Shown here: positions 23,001 through 34,406 of the stretch, one piece after another
Layout: each line of letters opens with the position of its first letter
Numbering within the stretch: the stretch's first letter is position 1
Origin: Amoebophrya sp. A120
Taxonomy: Eukaryota; Protista; Dinoflagellata
Reading direction: 5' to 3'
Assembly: GCA_905178155.1 (NCBI GenBank)
Contig: CAJINV010000010.1
Coordinates: forward strand, 295,915 to 359,914
DNA: 64,000 nucleotides
Made by a program: the position numbers and the translations under genes
The notes under the pieces: model-generated
Told to the model about the DNA's origin: nothing
Databases searched by the model: none
Seen by the model: only the letters and a program-made list of their open reading frames with translations

Positions 23001-26000
23001 ATCTGGCTGGCCTTGGCGATTTTGAAAATCCGGACCGCGGCGTGCTTGGACTGAAACACGATTTTGTACCGCCCCGCGAACTCCGGATCGCCGTCGCGGT
23101 ACCCGGTGGTAGCGTGGTACACGAAGGAATTGGCCATCATTTTCGAGGGCTGCCCGTGGCCCTCCCACCCGAATTGCCAGCACATCTTGTCGTAGCAGTG
23201 CCCCTTGTAGACCGAGTTTGCGATGCGAGCCATGTGGGTGGCTTTTGAGAGATCGTCATCACACCAAACCAACACGTAGTCCGCCCAGTGCCGCATGATA
23301 ATGTGAGACTCCTCGACGGGGGAGGTGATGGTCATTCCCAGAGACGTATCCACTGCAAATATGTGGTCTACTGGCTGTGGAAGGTTACGAAATGTTTGTC
23401 ATGCATTTATTTCTGGATCGCACAGGTGGCCTCTAATTCTGCACGCGTCAGCATCTACAAGATTTGCACCGGCCTCTTGCTCTTGATCATGCCTGTTCCG
23501 CATGATAAATTCCCCACTTGCGACGCAGCTTTTGGTGCTCATGCAACACAACTTTTTCAGTGATCCAGATGATTGTGCATCACCAGTTGACACTCTTCCA
23601 GGTCCAGACCCAGACATATTTGCAATGCATAAAAAGCGAGGTGCTCGTGGTTCCACGTGTTGCCATCGGCGACTGTGACACGCTTGGAGATACCGGCCAG
23701 CTGGTACCCGTAGTCCCACCTGAGAACGATTTTTTCACCAAGAATTTTTGTCATGCGCGGCATCGAAAAAGAACAGATACCTTTTTGTCAATCGTGCATG
23801 ACAGATTCACGCACTTCCTTGCAATTGATTTGTATTCAAAAATCAATGTTCATCAATTACCACGACAAGATCCTTGCGTCCTCCTTGGTATTGTCTCGGA
23901 TCCACAGGTATGCCTCTCGGTAATCGTCCTTCAGCGTGCCGTCCTGCAGTGTCGAGACGATCTTATGCATTGCAAAAGCATCGTACTAGTAGAAATCGCA
24001 TCACAAATTCGGCCAGCATGACAAATGGAATCTGTAATGCGGATTTGACTTGACAAAAAAATTTGTAATGCATAAATGCGATTAGTACGAGTACGATACT
24101 TTTGCACAGGATAGATCTGTGGGTGGGACAACCCGTACTGGATCATGTTGTAGCCTGCACCGAGGAAATGTGAAAGTGGACAACTCCTCCTCCTCCCCCT
24201 CATTCACATCATGGTAGAAACAGCAACACAAGCGCCGGCGGAAATGCAGCTTTGGCATGACAAATTCTACTGCAGCTCACAGGATAATGATAGTGCTGCT
24301 TCGGCTTCCCCTTCCGGAATAATTTGCTATGCAAAAAGTGGCACAGGGCAGCGACTGGAATTGGGGTTTTTGCATGACAAACGAGGGGGAGGGGGGCGGA
24401 GGTGACCACTCTCATAAAAAATGCTCCATGTGACTCGGGAACCCGTGTCAAATGTAAAAATGTCTGGGTCTGGAAGATTGCCAGGTTTGTCATGCACATT
24501 TTGCATGACTCCTGATGTCTGTGATGCATGCCCTAGCAACATCACAGATTTTGTGAGGGCTTCCTGCTGATGCCTATACCGCATGACAAATGCTCTTTCC
24601 GTGTACTAGCGAAACTTGGACTCTCTTTGCTGCTCATGCAATACAGATTTTTTTAGAATCCAAAATCAGCATGACAAGTTGGATTCTTCCAGACCCAGAC
24701 ATTTTTACAGTTGATAACCCGTAGCGGAACACCATCAGAATCGTGACCAGTGCCCGTACCGAGAGGAGCGAAAGCGTTGCCTATGGAGAGAAAAAAGTTC
24801 GTCACAGTCACTAACTTGCAGGCTTTGCATTACAAATTTTCTCAGCATCACAAACTTTCCTTGTATTGCAGAAACACTAGGGAAATCCCTAATGAAGTTT
24901 GGCTGTGATGCATTTTTAAGCATGAGAAACAATTTTCTATTGCAAGAATGCGCATGAGTGATCGTGACGAACTTTTTTTCTTTGATATTGCCGCTTGAAA
25001 TGGTAGTCTCTTCGCGGACGAGGAGGAGGGACTGCTACTAGAGGCCCCTGTTCTGCTGATCGTGGAGAGAGGACCCAGCTTCGTCGTTATGCAATACAAA
25101 TTTACCTCCGTAGAAGTAGACGTACAAGAAGTAGGCAAGTAGATGTAGGAGTAGATGCATCACAAAAAAATTTGCGAACTTGATGAATCAATGGACACGT
25201 CGAAACTTGTGATGCTAGATGCGGTTGGGCAAAAGTTTTCTCATGTGGTCCTTCCACGTCCTCGTCCTGTGAGGTATTGTACTAGAGTTCCGATGGATAC
25301 TAGTCGTTGTGCCACCAGTGCTAGAAGAGGAAGCTGCAGCACCCTCCTTCTTTCCCTTCAGTGGGGTCTCGTTTCTGTCCTTCTTCGCAACTGGCGGCGG
25401 GGTTTTCGCGGCCTTATCGACGTCCTCTCTCGAGCTATCTTCGATCGCCAAGGAAGAGTTCGGCTCCGCTCGGTAAAAGGCGCCGTATCGCCTGCAAATA
25501 CGTCTGAGTCTGTAAAAGTGCAACGTTTGTGATGCACACTTTACATGACTCATGATGTCCTCTCTGATGTGTGTCATAGCATCACAGATTTTCTGAGTCC
25601 TTTGTGATGCCTATCCTGCATGAGAAATGTCGATCCCACAAGGCACAAATTGGACTCCTCTTGCTGGTCATGCAAAACAGATCTTTTTAGAATCCAGAGA
25701 CAGCATCACAACTTGCAACCTTCCAGACCCAGGTATATTTGCAATGCATACGCCGGTGCTGTTAGCGAAAATGGTCGCCGCCTTCTTGTCGTAGCCGAGC
25801 AGGTTATGAAACTACACAATTCCCTTTCCCCTTATTTTTGCATGGAATGAACAGCAACACAAACACAAATACATGTGGTGGACGCTGCGCATTTACAAAT
25901 TTCTCATGCGCTGGGTGTAGTACTGCTCGGACTTCCAGAATTTGTATTGCAGACAGGGCCACAAGGCAGCAAGAGCAACTGGAAGATTTGGGAGAAGTAT

Positions 26001-29000
26001 TGCATTACGAATCATGAGGGGGAGCGGGAGTTGTGCACTCTCATACAGGTGTTCCTTCACCGTCAAGTAGCGAAACGGGGCGAGAATCCACTGGCAAACG
26101 CGCCCGACTTATCAAATGCAAATATGTCTGGGTCTGGAAGAATGCAGGGTTTGTCATGCACAGCTAGCATGGCTCTCAAGTCTGTCATGCGCGCGTCATG
26201 CAGAAACGCAGTTTGTCATGCAGATAGGCAACACTTCAGCAACTCCAAAACTTGTCATGCTTGGCTGTCAATGAAGGCGTCCAGCACACGACTCGCGAAA
26301 CAGCATCACAAGTTTCCAGACCCAGACACTTTTGCAGTTCATACGACTGCGATGGCGGACAAGAGCGGTGCGGTGGGGCCGAGAAAGATCATGAGCCGCG
26401 TATGAAAGTGCACAACTCCCCCTGCTCCCCCTCATTTGTCATGCAAAACTCCAAATCCAAGTGCTTCTCTTTGGCACTGTTTGCATGACAGGTTCCGGAA
26501 GTTGTCCAAACAGTATTACACTAGGCGAATGAACTAGAATTTGTCATGCGCAGGCTCCACGTGTGCTGGTGTTTGTATTGCTGTTCATGCATTACGAATG
26601 ACGGGGAGGGGGACGAGTTGTGCACTCTCATACCGTGCCATCTTCAACGCGAACGCGTAGGTAGCGATCCCAAAAATCATGCAGTAGAGACCCGCGGTGG
26701 CCTATCGCGAGAAAAAAGTGTTACAGGTGCACACTCTGATGCAAGACCAGCAAGACAAACAACCTCTGTCATGCAGGAAATGCTTCCCAGCCTTATTTCC
26801 TTCGTGTTTTCTCGTATAGTCTGCGCATTACAAGGCTTTTTTGCCATGCAGAGCAACTTTGTGATGCTGAAATTACAACCAATGTGTAACTGTAACACTT
26901 TCACTTTTTTCCCGTGATATGGCCACGGGAGTTTGCTCAGACAAGCCGAACAGAGAGTCGGTGTAGGCCTTCAGCGTACTCGGCACCGCCGCCGCCGGTG
27001 GCTCACAACTTGAAGAGGACTTCTCGACAGATGTGAAGCTGCCACTTTTGAGTTGTTTCACTTTCCTATCCAACCAATTTGCCAGCACCGTGGGTTTTCT
27101 CCCATTCCTGGCCAAGGCGGCGAAAAGGTAGCTGAACATGAGGCACACGACGTCGAAGAGAAGAAAGCCCACCCCGACCGGGGCCAGGTACATGGTGCGG
27201 TCCAGCATGCGCCACAAAGCCGCCGGGTTGCCCGGTTGGTGCTCGGACACGGAATCAATCAAAGGGTTTCCGGTTTTCGTGGCGTGCGCGCCGAACAACG
27301 CTTTGACCCGCCCGGACAGGGGGTCCATGAACTTCTCCAAAATCTTCAACAGCACCGAGTTCTCAATGTCGTAACTGATCAGCGCAACCGCAACGATGCC
27401 GAGGAGGACGACGTTCGTGCTCATCGCGCGGATGACATTCTTCTTGCTGAAAAACCTCGCGAGGTTCTTGCTGAACTTCTCCGTTGTATGAGAGTGCACA
27501 ACAACTCCATCTCGTCCCACTCGTTTGTCATGCAAACCCCAAATGCAAGTGCTTCTTCCCTGTGGCACTGTCTGCATGATAGATTCCGGAAGGAGCCCAA
27601 ATAACAGCACTACACTAGAACTGCATGAATCTGTCATGCACAGGCTCCACGTGTGCTGGTGTTCGTATTGCTGTTCATGCAATACAAATGAAGGGAGGTG
27701 GGGGAGTTCGTTGTGCACTCTCATACGTCAATAGGGGCAAAAGCACGTTCTGCATCAAGGAGCTGTCGAAGAACTTCACTAGTTGGAACAACACAAACAC
27801 CGCTAAAGGCAACACCTGTTCCAAACTACACAAGGGCGCCCAGTGGACCACCGGGGTGAGCATGGCACCGTAGGTGGCGATATCCCGTGCAAAAACTTCG
27901 CCACGACTCTAGAGTTGTTACTTATGCAAATCTGCATGCCTAAAACGTTTGTCATGCGCAGCCACATGATAGGCGTTTTCTAATCCTCATCCTCGGGAGT
28001 TTGTCATGCTAGAATCAGGATGAGCTTGTCGATTTCTCGTGCGGCTGCACTAGCTACACAGGATTTTTAAACTGCGATCATCCCAAAGACCTTGTCATGC
28101 GCAACAGCCAAACCTTGTTGATTTGTGTTGCTAACTTTCCATCTTGACAACTTTGGGTAGTTCGGGACGTCGTTTTTACGCAGGGTAGGCGACAATGAAG
28201 AAGAGCGTGTAGGCCTCGTACAGTGCCTTCCAGGTGCCGTTGGTCGGGAGTTGCGTGTCCGAGTTCTGCAAGCAGCTGGTCCCGTACATGCGGATGCGCT
28301 CCAGCAAAAACAACAGAGCCGCGTGCATGCCCACCAGGTTGATCAGGAAGACGTACCCGCCCCACCCAGCGGCCATGAAGGCGTGACTGCAGCCGGCGAG
28401 GAAAGCGGAGAGCAAGCGTTGCACGAAGGCAGAGTAGGTGTTGACCTTGGTTGGGGTCTCGATGTTCCGGAGCGCCAGGCACCAGAAGAAGCCGCAGGCC
28501 ACCATGGGGGCGATGGCAATTATGAGAGTGCACAACTCCCCCTCCCCCTCATCTGTATTTATAGCATGACGAGCAATACAAACACCACCACAAGTGGAGC
28601 CTCTGCATGACAAGTTTGTGTGCCTAATGTAGTACTGTTTGGGCTTCCGGAATTTATCATGCAAACAGTGCCACAAGGAAGCGACTGGATTTGCGGTTTT
28701 GCATGACAAATGAGGGGAAGGGGGAGTTGTGTCCTGTCGTAGCAATGCACTCGTTGTCAAAGCCGCCGCCGACGGACCGCTGCGCGTGCGCTGGAATCAC
28801 CGACATGAAGAACATGGCGGACAGCGCAGTGGTATCGAGTGCAAATGTGTCAGTCTGGGTCTGGAAGATTAAAACTTGTCATGCTAAATCAGAATGATGC
28901 AAAAATCTGTGTTTCGTGAGTACCAAAAGCTGTCCGCTTTTGACCAAATTGAGAGGGAGTTTCTCATGCAGGAAAGGCATGGCAGGAACTTCAAAGAATC

Positions 29001-32000
29001 TGTCATGCCAGGTCGTGCACTCCAGAGCTCATGGCTCACGCAAGACGTGCATGACAAGTCTCAGAATCTTCCAGACCCAGACATATTTGCAATTCATAAG
29101 TGGCCGCTTTGCTGATGAACCGAAAGTAGTCGTAGTGCGCGACCGGCTGTGCGACGGCCTCTGCGGCCAGCAGGCCGACGAACAGAGTTGCGATCGACCC
29201 AAAAAACGCAGGCAGATGGCACGCGACCTGCGTCAGCGTCCAGTTGTAGGTGAAGGTGGCGAGTAACCGCTGCGGGGCTTCTATCCAAGAAAAAAACTGT
29301 GTTAGTGTAGCTCTCCTTGGCTGACAACATCACAAATGTGCTCTACATGACAGCGAAAACCTGTCATCGTCATGCGTCGCTTGTAAGGGAAAACACACAT
29401 GAAAAGAGGACTTCGTGGTTGTCTGGCATGACAGGCGTAACTCTACTGTTGCATATTCTGCATTACAAAGTTACAGTTACACAGTTTTTTTCCTGGATAG
29501 CTTCGTACACGAGGTAAGCGAAATTCGTGGAGACCGACTTGCTGATCGTCTGGTATGCTTTCTTGTACTCCTTTTGGGCCTGCTTCGTGTACTCCTTCCA
29601 CGATTTGTTCGAGAATCCGAGAAATTTGGTGGCGAGCTGTTCCAAAAACGCGGACTGGAGAAACCTGTTGAAATACAGTGTCGCTGCAGCTTTCTTATCG
29701 GAAGAGCTGCTCTCAGACGAGCCGAGGACTGCGGAAAAAATCGGATACACCGCCGACTCCAAAACCGTGTAGCCTGCGTCCAAATAGGCGACGACGGTAT
29801 CGTTGGACACCCCGACGTATGAACTGCAAAAGTATCGTACTCGTATAAATGCATTACAAATTTCCTTAGCATGAGAGATAAAATCTGTATTGCGGATTTA
29901 CCTTAAGAAAAAGATTCGTAATGCAAGACTTGCATTTATACGAGTACGATACTTTTACAGAGGATACGACGGTCTGTTCCACCGCCCACCCGAACAAGCG
30001 GTCCGGGCGCCACTGCAGATCCGCGGTCTGCGGTTCCGTCTTCTGTCCCTTCCCCTTTCCCTTTTTCGACTTTTCCCCAGCGGTCTCGCCCCACAAAGGC
30101 GACGTGGAGGCGTAGACGCGCTTGAAGATTTTTTGGTACCGCAAGATGCAGTTGCGCGGCTTGCCCTTCACCGTGCGGCACGAGTAGAGGATGTTTTTGA
30201 CGAAACGGGATACCAGATCCAGCTCCGGCTCTACTTCCGCGTCTGCTGTTGCAAGCAGCTCGCCATTCGCGCCCGTGGCCGTTATGCATTGCAAACGCGT
30301 CTGGCTCTGGGTCTGGAAGGTTGGAACTTGTAATGCTAGCTTTCCATACCTAGGAAATCTGTATTGCATAATCAACAAAAGTCGCAGCGTCTTTTGCACA
30401 TGCAAGCGCGGAGCTTCTCATGCGGATTGCTTATGAGAAAGCGTTCTGGAAAGTTGTCATGCTAGGTTGCGTTTGGAACTGTTTCGATCATCCACATTCT
30501 AGCATCACAAGTTTCCAGACCCAGACATATTTGCATTTGATAGCCGCAGGAGCTGTGGAATTACTACTCGCTTCAGCGTCGGAGAGCAGTTTCGTAATTA
30601 CCTGCTCGCTATCAAATGTAAAAATGTCTGGGTCTGGAAGAGTCATGCTGTTTCTGCATGACACAGAAGGTCTGGCATGGAAGCTCTAGCATCACAGGTT
30701 TCGAGAAGCTTCGGCTTCCGCAATGCCGAATCCGCATGACAAATCCCCCATTTTGGTGACAGAAAGTGAGCAGCCTTTGCTGCCTATGCATCAGAGATTT
30801 TTGTGTGTTCTGAAATGCGCATCACAAGTTACATCCTTCCAGACCCAGACATTTTTACATTTGATACTCGCTCTGTTGCTTGCCGACTTTCGACGTCACT
30901 TTCAAGGTATGCAGTGCAAAAGTATCGCACTCGTAAGTAATTGCATTTGCAGTCATGCAGCTGCATCACAAATCTTTTTCTTGAGGTAAATCAGCATGAG
31001 AAATTCCCTTTGTAATGCTGAGCGAATTTGTAATGCGATTACCACTAATACGATGCTCATGCTTTTGCGTTTCATACAAGGTGCGGTACATCGCGACGGC
31101 GGTTAGCTGCATCCCTATCGTGAGAAAAAAGTGTTACAGTTACACACTCTGATGGGAGACAAGCAAGACAGACAACCTCTGTCATGCAGGAAATGCTTGC
31201 CAGCCTCATTTCATTGGTGTTTTCCCTTATAGTCTGCGCATCACAGGTTTTCTTAGCCATGTCGAGCAACTTTGTGATGCAGAAACTCCAACAAATGTGT
31301 ATACTGTAGTAAACACTTTTTTCCTGTGATAATCCCCGGGTAGATGGTGGTGCCGACGGGGCGGCCAAGGGGAAACCACACCATGTGGTCGAACCACTTG
31401 AAGAACCTGGTAGGAAATTCGATTTTGTGATGTGGTGCAACAAGATGTCTACTTACTACTTTTGCACCGACCTACCAGGAGCTGGCCTAGGCGAATGTTT
31501 GTTCTTGCCATAGTTCTGTCAGAAGTGTTTCAAAAATGCCTCATCACCAATTCAAATTCATCATCATCAGCTCTTCCACAAATAAAAACAGATCAGCCTA
31601 TTTTCCAAAAAAATCCTTCCTCTTACCGCTCCACCACCGCATGGCGCCAGACGTTGAGATCAAAGTACTTCCGCGTCAATCGCCAGGCAAACGTATCCTG
31701 TAGATACGGGTTGATGACGGATAAAAGCGTGTTTGACGATTTTTTCGCGGCTTCTTCCTCGTCCGCAGACATGTCATCCGAAGCCAAATCGACCACCTGA
31801 GCGTCCAGAAAATGGTTGCGCCCGGCTTGCGAGTCATCTGTAGTTTCGGTGTATTCAACATTTTTTTCATATCACATGTTCCCACTGGTCCCGGGGTGTC
31901 AGCTTCTAGTTCTACACGTAGCTGCTTTCACGAAGATGTGCTCAGAAACCACCTCATTCTGCACAACTGCTGCTGCTTAAGCTACACCAGTGTATAACAT

Positions 32001-33311
32001 TTACAAACTCAAACGACCCTAATGTCAAAACTTCTTTACCTGCCTTCGCTGCCTCTGCTCCCGCCGCAGCGGCAGCGGCGGTTCCGTTGGTCTTCTTTTC
32101 CGCTACCAGCTGCTTGTAGCTCGCTCGGAGCTCTAATTCCAAGTGCTCGGTCGCACGGTAATTATATCAAATGCAAATATGTCTGGGTCTGGAAGGATGT
32201 CATGCACATTTTGCATGACTCCTGCTGTCTGTGATGCATGCCACAGCGTCACAGATTTTGTGAGGGCCTGCTGATGCCTATACCGCATGAGAAATGCCCT
32301 TATTTCCGTGTAGCAAACATTGGACTCTCCTTGCTGCTCACGCAATACAGATTTTTTTAGAATCCAAATGCAGCATCACAAGTTCCAACTTTTCAGCCCA
32401 AGATATTTTTGCAATCCATAAATTAAACCACGGGTCAAATTCGTGGATAACATACCCGTATTGCCGAATCGCGAACAGTATGCATTGCAAAAGTATCGTA
32501 GTATTGCGTCTATGCATTACAAATCTTTTTTGTCAAAACAAATCCGCATTACAAATTGAATTTGTAATGCTAAGTTAATTTGTAATGCAATTTATACTAG
32601 TACGATGCTTTTGCAGTTCATAAACAGCCTCACGTCGTACGCAAACCACAGTACGTGCAGAGATAAGGCGAACAGGATGGGAAAGTAGACGAAGGGAAAA
32701 AAGATGCTCGAACACGTCGCCCGGGTGGAAAAAGCGACCAGCTTGGTGACGCAATTTGTCAAGGTGCACGTAGTATGAAAGGAAAGAAGTGTGTCTGTGT
32801 CTGGACAAAGGCATGCGACTTCTGATGCTGCATCTTGCATGACAAAGCCGCACTTGTCTTTACGGCATGAACTACGCATGATCACAAATTCCTTATTTTC
32901 GGGTGTTTTTATTGCGAGTTCTTCCGTGTTTTTCCGCATGAGGAACAAGTGGCTTCCAGCATGACAGACGGATTGGGATCCGTCACAGGTGCAGGTCGTC
33001 TTATGCTTTAAGCCTATCATTGAGATCCCGCATAACAAATCGTCCAGACCCAGACATATTTGCCGTGCATACTTACAGCCCTGCTGTGCTGCCATTTGCG
33101 CCGCAGCCTTCGTGGCCTTCTTGTTCGCGTTTTTTATTTGGTTTTTGTCCAGCTTGGTGGATGCTCCCGTACCACTGTTGCTGTTCCCGTCTTCATTCCC
33201 GGAAGACTGCGAGTCCACGACGGACATCAGTTCCACTTTGTCAGACCCACCCGATGCGGACCCTGAGTACTCTGCGGTAGGCTTGCTGCTCGTTGGCGAG
33301 TGCAATAGCAT
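20095..33311 (-). CDS. STT3: Oligosaccharyltransferase catalytic subunit STT3, >30 exons; 3' end approximate
   Basis: Motifs rebuilt across introns: VRLF|AIRQYGYVIHEFDPWFN|YRATE, FFKWFDHMVWFPLGRPVGTTIYPG|MQLT, RSVGGGFDNECIA, AAGWGGYVFLIN, TGNPLIDSVSEHQP, KMAR|LMIFLGP, DDYREAYLWIRDNT, ILSW|WDYGYQ, ADGNTWNHEH, DDLSKATHMARIANSV, GSWYCPGDY. 28 IR introns plus GT-AG introns (23720-23860, 31407-31626). Confidence 0.95.
20209..20370. mobile_element. Introner family A
   Basis: TATCCTGTGCAAAAGTATCG..TTTTGCACTTCATA; flanks TTGTT/TCGCT (decayed). Confidence 0.8.
20420..20728. mobile_element. Introner family E
   Basis: TATGGAAAGGTCAGAATCG..CGATCCTGACGCTTCCATA; DR TGACG. Confidence 0.9.
22277..22485. 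mobile_element. Introner family D
   Basis: TATCCAGGAACAAAACTGTG..CACAGTTTTTTTCTTGCATA; DR CGCGT. Confidence 0.9.
22541..22819. mobile_element. Introner family F
   Basis: TATCCTATGTAAAAACGT..ACGTTTTTACAAATGATA; DR TCTTC. Confidence 0.9.
22855..23001. mobile_element. Introner family A
   Basis: TATGCATTGCAAAAGTATC..GATACTTTTGCACAGCATA; DR TCTGG. Confidence 0.9.
23347..23631. mobile_element. Introner family B
   Basis: TATCCACTGCAAATATG..CAGACATATTTGCAATGCATA; flanks AGACG/AAAAG (decayed), frame still requires +5. Confidence 0.85.
23964..24113. mobile_element. Introner family A
   Basis: Family-A TIRs; DR GATCT. Confidence 0.9.
24169..24416. mobile_element. Introner family C (TGT left terminus)
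   Basis: TGTGAAAGTGGACAACTCC..CACTCTCATA; flanks GGAAA/AAAAA. Confidence 0.75.
24446..24716. mobile_element. Introner family B (TGT left terminus)
   Basis: TGTCAAATGTAAAAATGTCTGGGTCTGGAA..TTTTTACAGTTGATA; DR ACCCG. Confidence 0.9.
24782..24987. mobile_element. Introner family D
   Basis: TATGGAGAGAAAAAAGTTCGTCAC..TTTCTTTGATA; DR TTGCC; near-identical inverted copy at 61301-61510. Confidence 0.9.
25486..25750. mobile_element. Introner family B
   Basis: TATCGCCTGCAAATA..TATTTGCAATGCATA; DR CGCCG. Confidence 0.9.
25805..26045. mobile_element. Introner family C
   Basis: TATGAAACTACACAA..TTGTGCACTCTCATA; DR CAGGT. Confidence 0.9.
26110..26343. mobile_element. Introner family B
   Basis: Family-B TIRs; DR CGACT. 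Confidence 0.9.
26401..26632. mobile_element. Introner family C
   Basis: TATGAAAGTGCACAACTC..GAGTTGTGCACTCTCATA; flanks CCGCG/CCGTG. Confidence 0.9.
26703..26919. mobile_element. Introner family D
   Basis: TATCGCGAGAAAAAAGTG..CACTTTTTTCCCGTGATA; DR TGGCC; close copy at 31116-31331. Confidence 0.9.
27487..27725. mobile_element. Introner family C
   Basis: TATGAGAGTGCACAAC..GTTGTGCACTCTCATA; flanks CGTTG/CGTCA. Confidence 0.9.
27881..28187. mobile_element. Introner family F
   Basis: TATCCCGTGCAAAAAC..GTTTTTACGCAGGGTA; DR GGCGA. Confidence 0.85.
28521..28741. mobile_element. Introner family C
   Basis: Family-C TIRs; DR GCAAT; splits the DNECIA|IAP region. Confidence 0.9.
28833..29098. mobile_element. 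Introner family B
   Basis: Family-B TIRs; DR AGTGG. Confidence 0.9.
29282..29499. mobile_element. Introner family D
   Basis: TATCCAAGAAAAAAACTGTG..CACAGTTTTTTTCCTGGATA; DR GCTTC. Confidence 0.9.
29818..29966. mobile_element. Introner family A
   Basis: Family-A TIRs; DR CGACG. Confidence 0.9.
30283..30542. mobile_element. Introner family B
   Basis: Family-B TIRs; flanks GCCGT/GCCGC. Confidence 0.85.
30610..30866. mobile_element. Introner family B
   Basis: Perfect ~30-bp TIR TATCAAATGTAAAAATGTCTGGGTCTGGAAG; DR CTCGC. Confidence 0.95.
30908..31076. mobile_element. Introner family A
   Basis: Family-A TIRs; DR CAAGG. Confidence 0.9.
31116..31331. mobile_element. Introner family D
   Basis: DR ATCCC; splits TIYPG|MQLT. 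Confidence 0.9.
32165..32420. mobile_element. Introner family B
   Basis: DR AATTA; splits DPWFN|YRATE. Confidence 0.9.
32479..32622. mobile_element. Introner family A
   Basis: DR AACAG; splits VRLF|AIRQY. Confidence 0.95.
32774..33071. mobile_element. Introner family B (degenerate)
   Basis: TATGAAAGG..GTCTGTGTCTGGAC / GTCCAGACCCAGACATATTTGCCGTGCATA; DR decayed. Confidence 0.7.
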
Positions 33312-34406
33312 CTATACGAAGCTTTCTGCTCTGCGAGTGTTCTCTTCCAGGGCAGCTATGCGATCGTGAGTGAAGCACTGCGAGAGGACTGCAACTGCTG
33401 CTGGTGTTCTTTTAGTAGTACAACTACAGATGCTCTTCGTACTTGTTCTACCGAAACAGAAACTACTTGTCAACGTGGTTCTGTAACTCAGGTTCTATTT
33501 CCTGCGTTTCTGCAACGCACACGATCGGCTGCCGATCCACTAAACCTTACTCACACTATAGAACTTCTAGAAGTCTGGGTGGCACAAAGATTAAGATGAG
33601 AAGATCGGAAAATGGAATAAGTAGCAACAGATGAGAAGGATCAGGACACAATCGAGTTCTTGTTTCGGTGGAACAATCCAAAAAGAAAAAGGATACTCGT
33701 CGACGCACAAGAGCCAGAGCAAGGTATGTCTGTCAAATGGCACATCATGCAACGATGACCGCTTAAGAGTGGAGTCCGTTTCGGTGTCGTGCTCGTGTGT
33801 GCAAAAAGGAAAAACGAAAAAATGGTTCGCAAAGGAAAAGGAAAACAAAGTGATGGATCTTGGAAAAGGAAAACAAAGTGATGGTGGCCGCAAAATGAAT
33901 GATCATGCATGAAGATATTAGTGTCAGCTGCACTAGGCAGGGCCTTATTACGCAGAAAAAGCAAAAGCAGGACTAGAAGATGATCTCTACACGCTTACTT
34001 TTAATATTATTTCAATTTTTATTTGTAGGGCACGCACGACTGCTGATCGTGTGGCTCAATTGGTGAACACGAGGCTTTGGCTTGCTTCATCACGTTGTAA
34101 AAGGGCTCGTGAACAACACTAGGCTCCAGCATGTTACGTCTTTGATGTCTGATCAAACTTATTTGAGCATCTTCTAAAAAAATCTTTTCCAAACGCACCC
34201 GCTTCAACAAGCGAAGCGCAACTGAGTGTCATCATTTTTTTTTACTCTTGACTACTCTCTGCGCAATTTTTCCGGGAAAAAGTAGCAGGAGTCCTTTTTT
34301 CACTGTGATGTAGTTGAATTATCAGACACGTCAACGCTTCGGCCTGTAGCTGTACTCCCCCATACAGTACTTTGGTTCCCATATTTGGCACTTGTAGTTG
34401 TACTTT

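Noticed and set aside
24211-32578. Plus-strand ORFs with recurring FQTQTY / VWVWK / CKSIV peptides as a protein repeat family
   Set aside because: These are translations of introner TIRs antisense to STT3.
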